A DNA stretch of 64,000 nucleotides from Squalus acanthias (taxonomy: Eukaryota): positions 72,168,001-72,232,000 of the forward strand of contig CM059437.1 in assembly GCA_030390025.1 (NCBI GenBank), read 5' to 3'. Position 1 is the stretch's first letter, and each line of letters begins with the position of its first letter. Positions 23,075-35,935 of this stretch are shown piece after piece. The translations under genes and the position numbers were made by a program. The notes below the pieces were generated by a model. That model was not told the DNA's origin. It worked only from the letters and a program-made list of their open reading frames with translations, and searched no databases.

Positions 23075-25150
23075 TACCAGAATGGACAAAGAGGTGGAAG
23101 ATGCAATTTATTGTGGATGTGTGAGGTAATACATTTTGAGAGCAAAAAACAAGGAATGGGAGGATGCATTCATGTGAAAGGACATTGAAGAGTTTGGATT
23201 AACAGAGGGACCTAGGGGTTCCAATACATAATTCCCTGAAAGTATGAGTGCAGGTAGATAAAGCCATAAAAAAGGCCAACAACATTTGGGTTATATAAAT
23301 GGGGCAAAGAGTAAAAGAGTAAAGAAGTAATGATAAATACGTACAACGTGCTGTTAGGTCACAGTTAGACTTTTGGATGCCCCAATTTAGTTGGAGCATA
23401 CTGAATAGATTCGCCAGGATGCTGCCAGGGATGGAAAACTAAAGTTATGCAGGGAGACTTGAGATACTCAACCGATTCCTGGGATGAGAGGGTTGACCTA
23501 TGAGGAGAGATTGAGTAGAATGGGCCTATATTCTCTGGAGTTTAGAGTAATGAGAGGTGATCTCATTGAAACGTATAAAATTCTTAGAGGGCTTGAGAGG
23601 GTAGATGCTGAGAGGCCGTTTTCCCCTGGCTGGAGAGTCTAGAACTAGGAGTTATTGGGCTGGATTTTGCCAATGGGGAGCTTTTGGAGGCGGGACTCTC
23701 ACTTGTCGGGTTTTAGTCCCGCCTCCATCAACTTCTGGCCAACCCACGCTATTTTCCCTTGATTGACCTTGTTAAGCCCGCCCAGCGGGCTTAGCAGGCC
23801 AATTAAGGGGAAGCCAGTTACAGAGAACGTCAGCATATGACGTTTCATCTGTCAAAAAAATTTGACAGATGAATTGTCATCGTTTGACAGCTCTGTGAAG
23901 CTGTCAAACACTGACATTCTATGTTGTTTGATGAGTTCTTGTATTCAAGACTCATCAAACCTCTTTCTTTAGTAGAAATTAAATGGTTGTTGCATTGGAG
24001 AATGCAGCAGCCATCTGTCATCTCTGCCGGTGAGATGCGAGACTCTCCGCATCCTCAACGATTGAAGCCTGCAGGAAGAAACAAAGGTAAGTAAACATTT
24101 TCTATCACTTTCCACTCACCTCACATACTGACCTCTCCACACTTGCACCCATCACTTACCTTCACAGCGCACTTTTGCACCCCGCAGACCCCTTGCTCGC
24201 CTTGCTGACCCTAGCGGGGTTCGCAGCCTTTGGGAAGCCCGCACTTGTGTGGGTAAAATGGGGATAATCCTCTTATCTGCCTGTTAAATACCTGTTAACA
24301 GGCAGTTAAGTGGCTGTAATCCCCTTCCCGCCTCCAGGAGACGGGACCCGGCGCGGGTCGGCTACCCGCCTCCTGGGAAGATGGCATGGAGGCGGGTTGG
24401 GGGCGGATGGGCACCCGCCCCCAGATTCTGCCATTTTCCCGGCAGTCCCGCCTCCAAACCCACCTCCCCAGGGCTGGCAAGATCGCGCCCATAGTCTGAG
24501 GATAAGGGGATGGCCATTTAGGACTGAGACAAGAAGAAATTTCTTCACTCAGAGGGTTGTGAATCTTTGCTGTGGTGCTCAGTCGTTGAGTATATTCAAG
24601 ACTGAGATCAAAAGATTTTTGGACAATAAGGGAATCAAGGGATATGGAGATGGGGGCGGGAAAGTGGAGTTGAGGTAGAAGATCAGCCATGATCTTACTG
24701 AATGGCGGAGCAGGCTCGAGGGGCCAAATGGCCTACTCCTGCTCCTATTTCTTATGTTTCTTGTGTTATTATACTAGGACTATTTCCCCTGGAGTAAAGC
24801 GGCTAAGATGAGTCTTAAGAGGTTTTTAAAATTCTGAAAGGTTTTGATAGAGTGAATAGAGAAAGACTATTTACTTTGGTCAGAAATGAGGGGTTATCAC
24901 AGAGTGCAAGGAGAGAGTCCTTTACACAGAGGGTTGTTGGAGCATGGAATACTTTCCCAAAGGGAGTGGTTGAGGAAAAGACAATTGCACTTTCTACAGG
25001 AAAATTGGATAAATATTTGAAGCAGATGAAGGTGCAACGCAGTGGGGAGGGAGCAGAGCAGTGGGATTAGTTCTGGATTACTCTACCATCGTGCTGGCAC
25101 TGATACAATGGCAGAAAGGCAGCCTTTTGTACTGAAAACTTCTATGGTTC
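23075..25150 (+). mobile_element. Old CR1 containing a younger CR1 (about 23470-24762)
   Basis: Two CR1 3' tails (24720-24762 and about 25110-25150); the degraded outer RT sequence is continuous across the inner copy. Confidence 0.75.
23657..24490. mobile_element. Harbinger-type non-autonomous DNA transposon inserted in CR1
   Basis: TIRs GGGCTGGATTTTGCC and GGCAAGATCGCGCCC; the CR1 sequence rejoins across it; 3-bp flanks att/ata. Confidence 0.75.
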
Positions 25151-25729
25151 TATTTGCATATCTGTTTAATAAATAATTCAGTAATTTTGTATTGAGATGA
25201 ATAACCTTCAGAAATAGCATATCTAATATAAAACTAGCTGCATAGACAGCTAAATATGGCATGAATGTAATTTCTGTCCATGGTTCTCTTGTTTTTGCTG
25301 TTTTTAAATAGCAATTGTGAGCTCCACACTCAAAACAGAGGTTACACTGTTACTAACAGCATATTTGCTCAGAAATGAGACAGATGGTTTACTGCCACAG
25401 GACCTCTTTGGAGGGGACAAAGTATTCTGACATGCTAATGTCTTGACTGCCAAGTCATTAAGCGATAATATACAAGAACTTTTCTTGTAATCCCATCAGG
25501 ACATGCTGTTGGAAGAAGGCCGTTTGCTTTTGATACGAGAAAAACTATTGAAATGTGCTTTGGAATAGGTGTGAATGAAATGGGTTAACGTCTATTGTGG
25601 GTTCAAATTATGTCAAATAGCCCAATGTCTATTTAGAATCCTCATTAAAACCCCATGAGGTCATCCTCATGTCTTTTTTTTTCCTATCTATAATATATTA
25701 AAAATTTACTTCCGCACACTTCCTGTCAA

Positions 25730-25910
25730 CTGTTTTCATTATAAATTCCTATGTCCATACTCATAATGGAAACTGCCTATGTAAACGTTGTCTTGTAGTT
25801 ACACCCTCATCCCACTGCCACCACTGGGAGTAGGTGTTCTTATCGCGAGGAAAGTTTACATAGACAATTCCATTATAAATGTAGACATAGGAATTTATAA
25901 TGGAAACAGA
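25730..25910. repeat. Diverged palindromic element (about 57-bp arms)
   Basis: ctgttttcattataaattcctatgtc...ctatgtaaac is mirrored by gtttacatag...gacataggaatttataatggaaacag. A related half-copy lies at about 16700-16762. Confidence 0.75.
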
Positions 25911-26292
25911 AAAATAAGGGCAGAATGCAAGGCTTCAAAATGAAGACTGAATTACATCTGAGCTGCCTGGTCCAAATATTCCCCCACTCCTCTAACTTAC
26001 TTCATCTGAAGACGACACTTTGTCTTGACTCCTCATGTTCAATGCCACATCAGATCAACGAGTAACATATTAAAAATCTTACACCTACATGCACTTTTCC
26101 TCTACAAAACCTAAATGGCATATTTTGTCAAACTTGCGTGTCAACATTTTTCATTTAGAAATCCCCAAGCTCACATCGGTCATGGAAACTGCAGAAAAAC
26201 TGAAGAGGAAAAAACATGAATGCGTTTCTAAAAACGATTTCAGGCCTCATCCTTCTTCATTAGAACGTCACAATCTTCAAGACTCATCTTAC

Positions 26293-26349
26293 CCATAAAT
26301 TTCCCATTTCACGGATATTACTTTTATGCCTGGTGAAGTCGTGAAGAAC
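26293..26349 (-). CDS. hip1r: HIP1R coding exon 4 (57 nt)
   Basis: cttatttctag|GTT...TGG|gtaaga; translates VLHDFTRHKSNIREMGNLW versus HIP1R VLHDCQRYRSNIREIGDLW; phase 0-0. Confidence 0.93.
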
Positions 26350-28110
26350 CTAGAAATAAGTAGAAGCAAATTTTTATGACACAAGGAATCATTTCTCTAA
26401 AAGACATTTGAAACAGTAAGAATATCAGACAAAACAAACCTCTAAGAAACTGGACTGGCTTTCAGGGAAAGAGGGATGAATCCTGCATCCCGACACCTGC
26501 AGGTTCAATTCATAGAGGACAGCAGACCCGCCTGATGACCCAGACTGCAAAAGGCGCTTCAGTTTAGCTCACTCTTGACAGTCTTCGAGATCAGGGTATG
26601 CACTTCTGGATAAACTGTAAATATTATCAATCTTGAAACTGGCAAGGATTGAAGTAGCAGATAACCGAATGTGTAGGTAATTTCAGTGTAAAGTACTGCC
26701 TCCCTTAAATATTCTGCATAATTTTAATGAAATAGTCTCCTGGCTTTACAAAGAACGTCTTCATTGTGCACAAAACACAAAATATTGTAAATTAGACAGA
26801 GACACTTTTACATTAAGCAGGCGCGTTCTTGCATAGAGTATCCACGAACCATTGATTTCCATACAGGTAGTTTTGCTGGAGCATATTTTAAAATGGCCGT
26901 ATCATTTTTTTCACCATTAAAACATTAAAAGTGCAGGAACTACAGGTAGTTTGTTTTCCTAATTTATTTAAGAGCCTATAGATATTTTAATATTAGCAGT
27001 GGGGCTCCAGTAAAGCAATGTTCAAGAGGAGACTTCAACCTCTGAGCATCGCACTAACTTTTTTCTTTAAGTGTACAAGCATGATATCAGTCTCTGTTGG
27101 AAAGCAGTGTTTTCCATACCTTTGACCTCTATTCTTGGGAGCTGACTTTTCCTGGATCCCATGTGTGGTCTGAGGCACATGGATCAGCAGCAATGGGGGT
27201 TCCATGCAACCTGCCACCAACAGCACACTATCAATATAAAGGCACCTTGTGAAATGCCTCCCCGAGTTCCCTCATCTCCTCAAGCTACAAACTGCCTGCA
27301 GCCAAACAACTTTCTCTCATGGTACATTCATGCTATAACATTGTTGGAAGCCAGCCTTGCTTCACAATGATGCTGCTGTTACAGAATAAATGCACCCCGA
27401 GAAGAGGGGGTTTACGTGTGACGTAACTTCAGAGGAAACTCCAGAGAAACGGTGTTTACGCCATTTCTCCGACTTTCCGACGATCTTCCAAGGTTTCAGC
27501 AAATGATCAGGAGAAGCCCCATGTAAATTCCAGCCAGAGGTTATTTTGCGTGGTACGCCTGCTGCTGCCAGCACACTAGAATACAACGAGGGAGAACTAT
27601 AGGCCTCTGATGGAAACCAGGATGCAACTATCCCCGAGAAGAGGGGTCAGGACTCAACCTTACCAAGAACGAAGCAGAGCGAGAGATTCCCTAGAGGAAG
27701 AAGTAGCACTCTGTATCCCTTCAGAGTCACTTTAACTTTGTACTAAATGCTAAACTAGTGACGTGTGAACTCATTAGTCTTCCATCAAGATGGACTTTCA
27801 AGCATGCCAGCAATGAATCTCCTTTGATCACCAACCCCCTTTTCCAGCAAGCATCTCTGGACAAGTTTAGCAACTTAGGGCAGTGTTCCAAAAAAACTAT
27901 ACCAACACACTTTAAACTTGGCCATCTGGTTTAACAAGACCATCCCGGATTCTTTAATAGATAAACTATATGGAAATCAATGCTAGCCAGCACACTTTCC
28001 CCGAAATGATAATCTGCTCAACTTCTGCCCCCACTCCGCTTTGAGGCAGAACAAAGATAGTTAGATCACAGAGAACCATATCCACCACATATCATTGCTT
28101 TATATACTCT

Positions 28111-28822
28111 GGGGTAAAAATTGGGTAGCACCCCCTTTGGAGGCCTTTGGGGCGCTACCTTCGCCGGGGCGGTAGTTTTAGCGCCCCGAATAAGTTAGCA
28201 CCCCCGCGGCCGATTTTCCCAGGTAGCGCCCCGAGAGGGAGGAGGGGCGCTACTGGAAGCACCCTGTGTCCCTCTTGGGGCGCTGCGAGCTAATATTGCG
28301 GCATTTCGTGGCGCTGCGGCACGTCGCGCCGCGGTACAACAGGCCTTCCTCCCCTTATGAAAGGGGAGGGGCCTGGCGCAGTGCATCCCGGCGCCCAGCT
28401 GGGCCACCAGGGATCGGACGTGCCGGCAAATGAGTCTGGCACTCAAGAGAAGTGCTGGGCTCATGGAGAGCAGCCGGCACCTCGCGGGGGGGCTTCACGG
28501 GGGCCAGCAACAAAAATGGCCGCCCGCCACCTCCCCTTTAACTAGCGCCGCCCTGGCCGCAGGTAGGCCCCCCTGACCCCGGCAGACATAACATCCGGCG
28601 GTAAGTCGGGGGGCGCCACCCAATATTACAGCCGGGGTGCAAGTGGGGCGCTGCGCATGGCGATGACGTCATCGTCAGCGGCGCTAACGGTTAGCACCAC
28701 CGCTAACCTCCCGCTGAATTTCGCGGGAGGTCTTAACAGCGCCGCGCCGTGCCCAGGCGCTAGTTGATTTGCGCCCCATTAGCGCCCGCTAACGGGAGGC
28801 GCAAATCAACCGAATTTAGCCC
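28111..28822. mobile_element. CpG-rich Harbinger-type MITE, TSD TCT
   Basis: Termini GGGGTAAAAATTGG and CCGAATTTAGCCC, flanked by tct on both sides; GC and CpG content far above the flanks. Confidence 0.8.
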
Positions 28823-29035
28823 TCTCTATATTGCACGTTAGGTCTTAGAATTACACTCAAGGGATCTGTAAATTGAAAATGAAACTCACTCCATTTATTA
28901 AAAATACATTTAATTTATTTAACAAGATTGCTGTGATAAAACATTAAAAAGTATTATTAAAATGAATGACCCAACAGTCCCTGATTTTGACCACTCTTAC
29001 AGAAGAACTTCATAATTAGATAAAAAGTGACTTAC

Positions 29036-29178
29036 ATTTGGATGTCCATCTCTCAGGACTTTGTGTAGGACATGACAGAACTTCCAGCTCATGATGGAGC
29101 TGCTGGATAATGGAAGACCAATGGCGTAGGACCAGAAGGTAAATGCCCCTTTCTCATGGTGTGTTCCCAATATAATTC
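29036..29178 (-). CDS. hip1r: HIP1R coding exon 3 (143 nt)
   Basis: Translates (R)IILGTHHEKGAFTFWSYAIGLPLSSSSIMSWKFCHVLHKVLRDGHPN, near-identical to HIP1R. Donor is gtaagt; acceptor is AT (U12 intron). Confidence 0.95.
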
Positions 29179-30570
29179 ATTCAAAGGAGTCAAGGAAACA
29201 CACAAGTAGTAGTTTAAAAAAATAGCATAGCTGAATCATTTAAAATTAATATGCATCTGTCCCACATTCCCAGCTCCCAGTGATGAGTATAATCACAAAT
29301 TCTGCTTTAGTCTCCAAGGAACATTCAATAAGATCTAGCAGAATGTTCTTTGAGAAAGATACAAGATTAGAATAAGATCCTCCTCCGAGAATAAAATTCT
29401 TTCATTCCACAAAGCAGGGAATTTTCATCCCATTTATTCAGTCAGATTCAGTAGTTTGAGGTGGGAGCATTCAAGGAAGAGACAAACTTAGGACCAGTCC
29501 CCGGTTTAAGCAAACTTTACCATAGCTTAATTCACTTGCAGCCTTAAACAGCCATCACTCTTAAAACAGTATCACACCCCCAACTCAATATTTAGAAAAT
29601 TAAACGCTCCATTTTTGTTGTTGCTAGAAGCAACCTTATTTGGGTATATACTTGGGCTGTGCACTCATTTCCTGATCAATTATCACAAGAGTTACGGTTT
29701 AGTGAAAAAGAGGGGGGAAAAACAGGATGTGACATAATGTCAAGTGGAAAGTCTGGGTAAATTACAGACAGACAATCATGTGGTCAAAATTGGTGCTTAA
29801 TTTTTGCAAGTACGGATGAGGAATTTTCAAGAGACCATACATATCTAATTCCTTCTGGATAATTGTCATCCCCTTTACATTCCCCCTTCAACTTCATGTG
29901 CATGATATCATGTGCATGGGCACAAGTTAATAAAGGATAACAGATAAAACATTCAAATTTATATCAAAGTAATCAGTGTGTGAACAAGTAGAAAATAGAG
30001 ACAAAGTACTTTATTTATATATCTTAAGACAAATCTCTGTATAAGTGTGGCCATGGAATGGGAAAGAGAGTGGCAGACACAGTTGATAACACATTTCCTT
30101 TCTCTTCAAGGAGTAGAGTTCAAACCCAAGCTCGAAAGATGGGATGAAAGACTCACTTCATTGCCAGCTTCAAGGTAGCTCCAGCCCAGTGTCCTGTGGC
30201 CATGGGTCCAAAGTACAAAATGGTTAACAAATTAGCAATAATCAGAATACTAATAAAGGATGGCTTGGTATGGGGAATGGGAACATCACATCGATACAGT
30301 AGAGAGAGTTTCCAGGCTGGAGTTAAAATGCACGATGGGAGGGAGATTTACTCTTCATCTCATCTATACTATACCCAAATATATGTTGATAGTTGGTCAA
30401 AACAGAAAAAAAAATTAATTCCCAGGCCAGCCTATTCCTCATTTGAGGAGTACAGAAGTTGACCAATCAATGAATAGAGTGACCATAGTAAGTCATAAAA
30501 TGGACTTTACTGTGAGTTATTGATATGAATCTAGGAAGGAACATTTTTTTTTTTAATATAAAAAGGATAC
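29179..30570 (-). other. hip1r: U12-type (minor spliceosome) intron 2 of hip1r with GT...AT termini
   Basis: 5' splice site GTATCCTTTT (30570-30561). Branch site TTTCCTTGAC (29198-29189), branch A 12 nt from the 3' end. No AG between branch site and exon; the frame is kept only if the intron ends ...TTTGAAT. Confidence 0.9.
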
Positions 30571-30634
30571 TGCGTGCATGCTTTTCTTTGACGGGTACCT
30601 CCTGGTTGTTAATAGCTTTGCTGATGCTGGCAGC
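30571..30634 (-). CDS. hip1r: HIP1R coding exon 2 (64 nt), start of ANTH domain
   Basis: Minus strand reads ttttttctcttccag|GCTGCC...GCACGCA|gtatcctttt and translates AASISKAINNQEVPVKEKHAR, matching recalled HIP1R AISISKAINTQEAPVKEKHAR. Exon number assumed from the mammalian gene structure. Confidence 0.95.
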
Positions 30635-32697
30635 CTGGAAGAGAAAAAAAGATAGCAACTGTCAGCTCGATCTAAACACGGGCATCAGCAGAACTCAGAC
30701 AGTTTGAAGCTATGGGAACTGGATGGAGGCAGCTTTTCAAAAGAAATTTCAGCTGAATCTCCTAACCTCACTCATTACACAGTCATTGTAATGCTACCGT
30801 ACAGTCCAGATCCACCATACACAGCAACAGTAAATTAGGGAGGTGGGGGGGGGGGGGGAAAGAGCTTCATTTGGCCCAATCTCAAGACCAGGAACTGGAG
30901 TGGGAATCCAAACGATGCACAAGGCAAGAAATGCTTCAGTTTGCTTAACATGCACAAGATCTGCCTAATGGAAAAGTCAGCTGGAAACCATACATTTGTA
31001 TGAATTGTGATTCAATTGATAGCTGCTTTTTCTAGCCTTGTAAAAGTGGTCTTGGGTGTCTTTGTTTGTAATGAGCGCTACAGAAACGCAGGCCGTTGTT
31101 GTTAAGCAGCTTATGCTGTGTGCACTCACAATCTGAAAGACAAGTACCTTTTGACATTTATTAAGAAGTACAATATTGAGCGCTAAATAATAAATGTCAT
31201 TATTACTAAAACAAGCTGGCTAATTTTTTTAAAAAAAATACACAATGCACACCAAGTAGGCTACTGTCGACCAGTTCTTCAGGATGTGTTTTGCAGAAAG
31301 AGTGAAACCTCCTGGATCCTGAAGACCAGATGGTCTACACTTCAGATGGATTCATAAAGTGTAAGAATCCTGTTCTGATGTTTGAAAAATTGTTGTCTTC
31401 ATCTTTTTGTCAAACTGTCGCTCCCCTCCCTAATGCCACCTTCCCTTGGTCTGGCGGATAGGACACTCTGGTTCATACACATCTTTAAGAGCACAGTGAA
31501 TGCTCCTCTTTAGTGATCCTACAATCAGTCATGTCTTGAGTGTAGTAGGAAGGGATTTCCCCTGCCCTCTACTTCAGTTTTCTCTCCTGTTCCCGAAACA
31601 GAGGGAACTTATATGCTTGTAACATACAAGAGGAGTCCAAACAGTTCTCTTTCATGGTTTAACTTCCAGGCATGCGATGGAAAGGATTCCTTCAGCCTAT
31701 CTTTAAAATCAAGCTGCAAGGTGGATTTGTGGCAAAAAAGGGAAGCAGTTGCTGTGAAGGAGGCCTCCATGCTATACAACAAGGTCACCTAGTACCCTGG
31801 AGGAGGAATCAGCCTCAAAGCCTCTCACAAGGATTTGGACTATAGCTGGTAATGAGAAAACCTGATACGCAGCACAAGACTTGGATGTCTAGAACATCAT
31901 TGTGGCTGGCACAGCACAAGCTGCCCCATGTAGGTCCTTCCACCTTGCTGAAGGCGGATGTCTGGTAATACTCCAGGGCACTGTTGGTGTTCAATCAGCC
32001 AGCCTGGCACATTGATGGGACCTGGAGAGGTAAATCTGCCACTAGGGGCTAGGATTCTTCTCAATCAGCTCCACATAATGTGGCAGGCCAAAGCCCTAAT
32101 GAGTAGGCTGCTACTGTCTGGACAAACAGTGAGAAGCTTATCAGTGATCTGCAGTGGTAGGCGGTGTGGTTTTAGCTGGTTATCCATGCAGTATCCATGT
32201 GCAAACTTGGAGGTTCCTAACCCTTGGTTCTGCTAACCTGCATCCAAGTTCTCTGGATTTAGGATATCCAAATGATGAGAGCGTGTCTACTCCATATTAG
32301 GTTAACAGAAAGTCTACAGGCAAGTCTAGATCTCTCAGTAGCTGAATAGGAGACTCAAAACATGGTGATGAGATCTGTGCGTGCCAGATACCTAGCTGAT
32401 CGCAATAAAAAAAATCTAAAAGCAGTGACACCCCCGTCATCAGGGGAGTCTAAGTACTAATGTCAGTCAAGGCGGAGATTCAGGGATTTAAATTCTGCCT
32501 CCTACTCAAAAAGGAATGGTCTACTGTTGTAGCTTCCAGCACAGTTCTGTACTTAAAAAAACAAACTTTTCTTTATTCAATTGCAAATGATTTAATATTC
32601 TAAAAGAAAACAGACATGTTAATATTTTTACCATAAATAACTCTCAAATTTAGACATTACAAATTTCACAACTGTACAACTACTCAATAAATGCTTA

Positions 32698-32794
32698 ATA
32701 AAAACAGAAAATGCTGGAAATACTCAGCAGGTCAGGCAGCATCTGTAGAGAGAGAGAGACAGAGTTAATGTTTCAGGTCAATGACCTTTCATCA
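32698..32794 (-). mobile_element. Penelope-like terminal fragment (hammerhead truncated)
   Basis: aaaacagaaaatgctggaaatactcagcaggtcagg...gtttcaggtcaatgacctttcatca. Confidence 0.85.
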
Positions 32795-35700
32795 ATAAAT
32801 CCTTAACGGTTTCTGGGAATGCAATTTGCCACGGTTATAATACATTAATATTTAAAGAAAGGAGAATGTTCCAACAACAGTTCCCGTATATGTTTATTAC
32901 ATTAGAACAGTGACTACACTTCAAAAGTACTTCATTGGCTGTAAAGCACTTTGGGACGTACAGAGGTCTTGAAAGGCACTCTATAAATGCAAGTTTTTCT
33001 ATTCTTCTAGTGCAAGACATTTGTTCTGAAATCCTAGGGCTGCAGTCCATGGATGTAGAAACTGTGCAAGATGCACTAGATTCACGAGATTGACAGAGAT
33101 TATTGAGTTTGCTTGTCGCTGTAAAGTGAAGGTTATCAGTGGCTCAGAAAACCCTATGAAGAGTTGAAGCCTGGCAACTCCTACATTTCAGCAACGCAAG
33201 AAATAGTTTCTAAATTACAGCTCCATTTAAAATTATTTGCACTCTTCACGTAGTTATGCATTATGGGTACCGATGGAGCATAGCCTCCTGGAACTTCCTT
33301 GATCTATAGTCAGGGTGGAAATTCTTAAGAATTCTTCTTGAAATTAGTTATCGTTTTTTTTTTTCTCACCTCCCCCAGGAGCTAGTATTACTATGGGTAG
33401 GGGAGGGCTGCACAAAAAGGTTACACCATCTAGTGGATAGGGTCAGCACTGATGGGCCCAATGATTTCTTCTCTTCTTTTCAAAGGTTCATTGTCATTTT
33501 TTTTAATGGAACGGTTTCAAACTATAACAGAAAGCAGCATCTTTTCTATGGAATGTTGCATTGGGTGGACTTTGAATCGGTGAGTTTATTTCATCCTATT
33601 CTACTTATGTCACAAGTACAAATTATCTGACACTAAATCAGGCACCGTAAGCTATCAGGTAGATCAGCTTTTCGGAGAAGAAATGAAGAAGAGACATTGA
33701 GGCACTATGGAAGATAGACCGAGAGAAAGTCATATACTCCTGGAGGCCAAGTTCATCAAAATCAATAGCAGCCACCATATAAGTTGAATGTAAAAGATCC
33801 AGGGTGCGCTCCAGCCCACTGAACAGGTTAACTGTTAAAGCCCTAGTGGTACAACCAAAACCCACCAGGTACTGACACAGCCAGCAAGAGCAGCTGTAGG
33901 CACTAGAGTCACTGCCACTATCTGGAATCAGTCTCCAAGGTCATCCACATCCCAACCAGCTCAGCCACTGCTACAATCTATTAGATTATACCTTTCACAC
34001 TGTTTACCATGAACATAATGTATGTCAATGGTGTTGTAACCAAACAACAACTGCAATAACATTAAAGAAACGCGGAATATAATGGAATGTGCCAGTAAAT
34101 ACTGCTTATCCATTAAATGCTTATGAAAATTCATTTTTGTATTCTGTGAGCGAGTCAACAGGTCCTCATGGTGAACTACTCTTAACTAAAGCAGCTTCCA
34201 TGGGCAAAGATTTAATACTAAATTGATAGATCTGGAGCCTTTAAAAAGGTGCAGATCAACTCTCAACAGCACTAAGCAGGCACAATAGCCACTCATCTCC
34301 ACAACTGTGTGGATGGAGAATAAATTCTGAGGCCCTAAACCAGGAAGGCAAATACAAAACAGTATGTCACAAGAGCTGCACTGACATTTCATATCAATAA
34401 ATTTTTATGACTGGTTGTCAGGGGCTAGAGTCTACCCGGCAACCTTTGGAAGATATCACCAGATTTTTGTGGATCACATGACTGAAGGAGGAGGTTATAT
34501 CAGGGTTATAAAACATACCAGCTGCATATCAGGAGCCACAGAACAGGAAATCTTTCAACCATGTGACAAAGAAAAGCTTTAGATCCCGAGGTGGCTCTGC
34601 CTCACCTGGAATCTCGCACAGTCTTCCCACTGGAAAGTTACAGGTATTTAAACTTAGATAGATTTAAATTTATTGGCCGCCCGATTTTCTTTACCTGATT
34701 TACTGCGGCAATGTGAGGGTGGATGTTACACTGGAAAGTTTCCAGGCCGGATTTATTGGTCACTTTACTTCAGAGAACCCCGAGCATATAAAGTTGGTGG
34801 TGGGATTCCACAGGAAGGGCCCGTTGCCATGGTTATATGCTGGCTTGGTTAGTCATGTATAGCTGCGCCTCACCTATGAAAAAGGTCACCAATCACCACG
34901 GTTTAGATCCCATATTAGGTGAAACTAACCGGTTATGTTCTTAGGTAATCCGCAAGTTAAAGGAAATAAGCCACCTCATGGAGCAAATCTAGATTCACAC
35001 ATTATTATTTATGCCTTAGAACTGACTAATTATCCTCAAATTTAGTGCAGGTATATGTCACGTGAAGCAAATCTGTTATAGTACACCCCAACCAACACGT
35101 GATCATAATATGTAGTACAGACTTCTTCACAACGACCTCAACATAATGAAAGAATGGCTTGGTTCCAGCTATGAAAAGTAAAACCTGAGCACCCCAAGGC
35201 AAAAGACAAACTCGTCACATGCGAGATGCATAAATGGGAATTGGTCAGTAAACTGCGAGAGATTTTGAAGCTGAATGGTAGGTGGCTGGCAGTTCGACAA
35301 AGTGAGCAGACGAAAGCAAGGGGAATTATGAGGGCAAAAGTGAGAGCAAGAGTCAAAGCAGAATCGGACAAAGAGCAAGAGTGCGAGCTGGAGACACCAC
35401 AATTCAGAACGCATGTGTTCATGTGATTCAGTACCCAGTCTACAAGGAGACCGACTACAGCCTGGACATTAAATGGTTTGGTATATTTCTGTGGTTGGTT
35501 GGAAGGAAGGTAGGACTTGCAATCATACTGTACCGTTTTAAGCATGTGTGGCACTGGATTGAAAAGGATATAAGAGAGATAGGTATGAGAGAGAAAGCAG
35601 GCGAAACGGCTGATGGACAAATCAAGCTACAGGAAGTTCTAGCTGACCGTACCAGAAAATATTTACATTAATGACATAATTTTTGTTTGTTTTTGATTCA

Positions 35701-35935
35701 GGCCCAAAGGAGGGCTGGCTAGAGCTCCAGTGCACATCGTGAAGGAATACAAGAACCAGCCCAAACTGCAATATGGAAACCAGGATATCGCCCCTCGAAG
35801 AGTTTGTTGTTCAACATCATCTTTTGCACAAGAAAGTCTGGCTGACATTGTTTCCTGAATGAAGACATTTTAATACAGCAATGCATCCCAGATTATTTTT
35901 TTCCAATTGACATCCAGTTCTAGAGGAGCAGAAAT

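Noticed and set aside
27395-27646. 15-bp direct repeat ccccgagaagagggg
   Set aside because: Could be a TSD or small duplication, but the enclosed sequence gives no coherent element; too weak to call.
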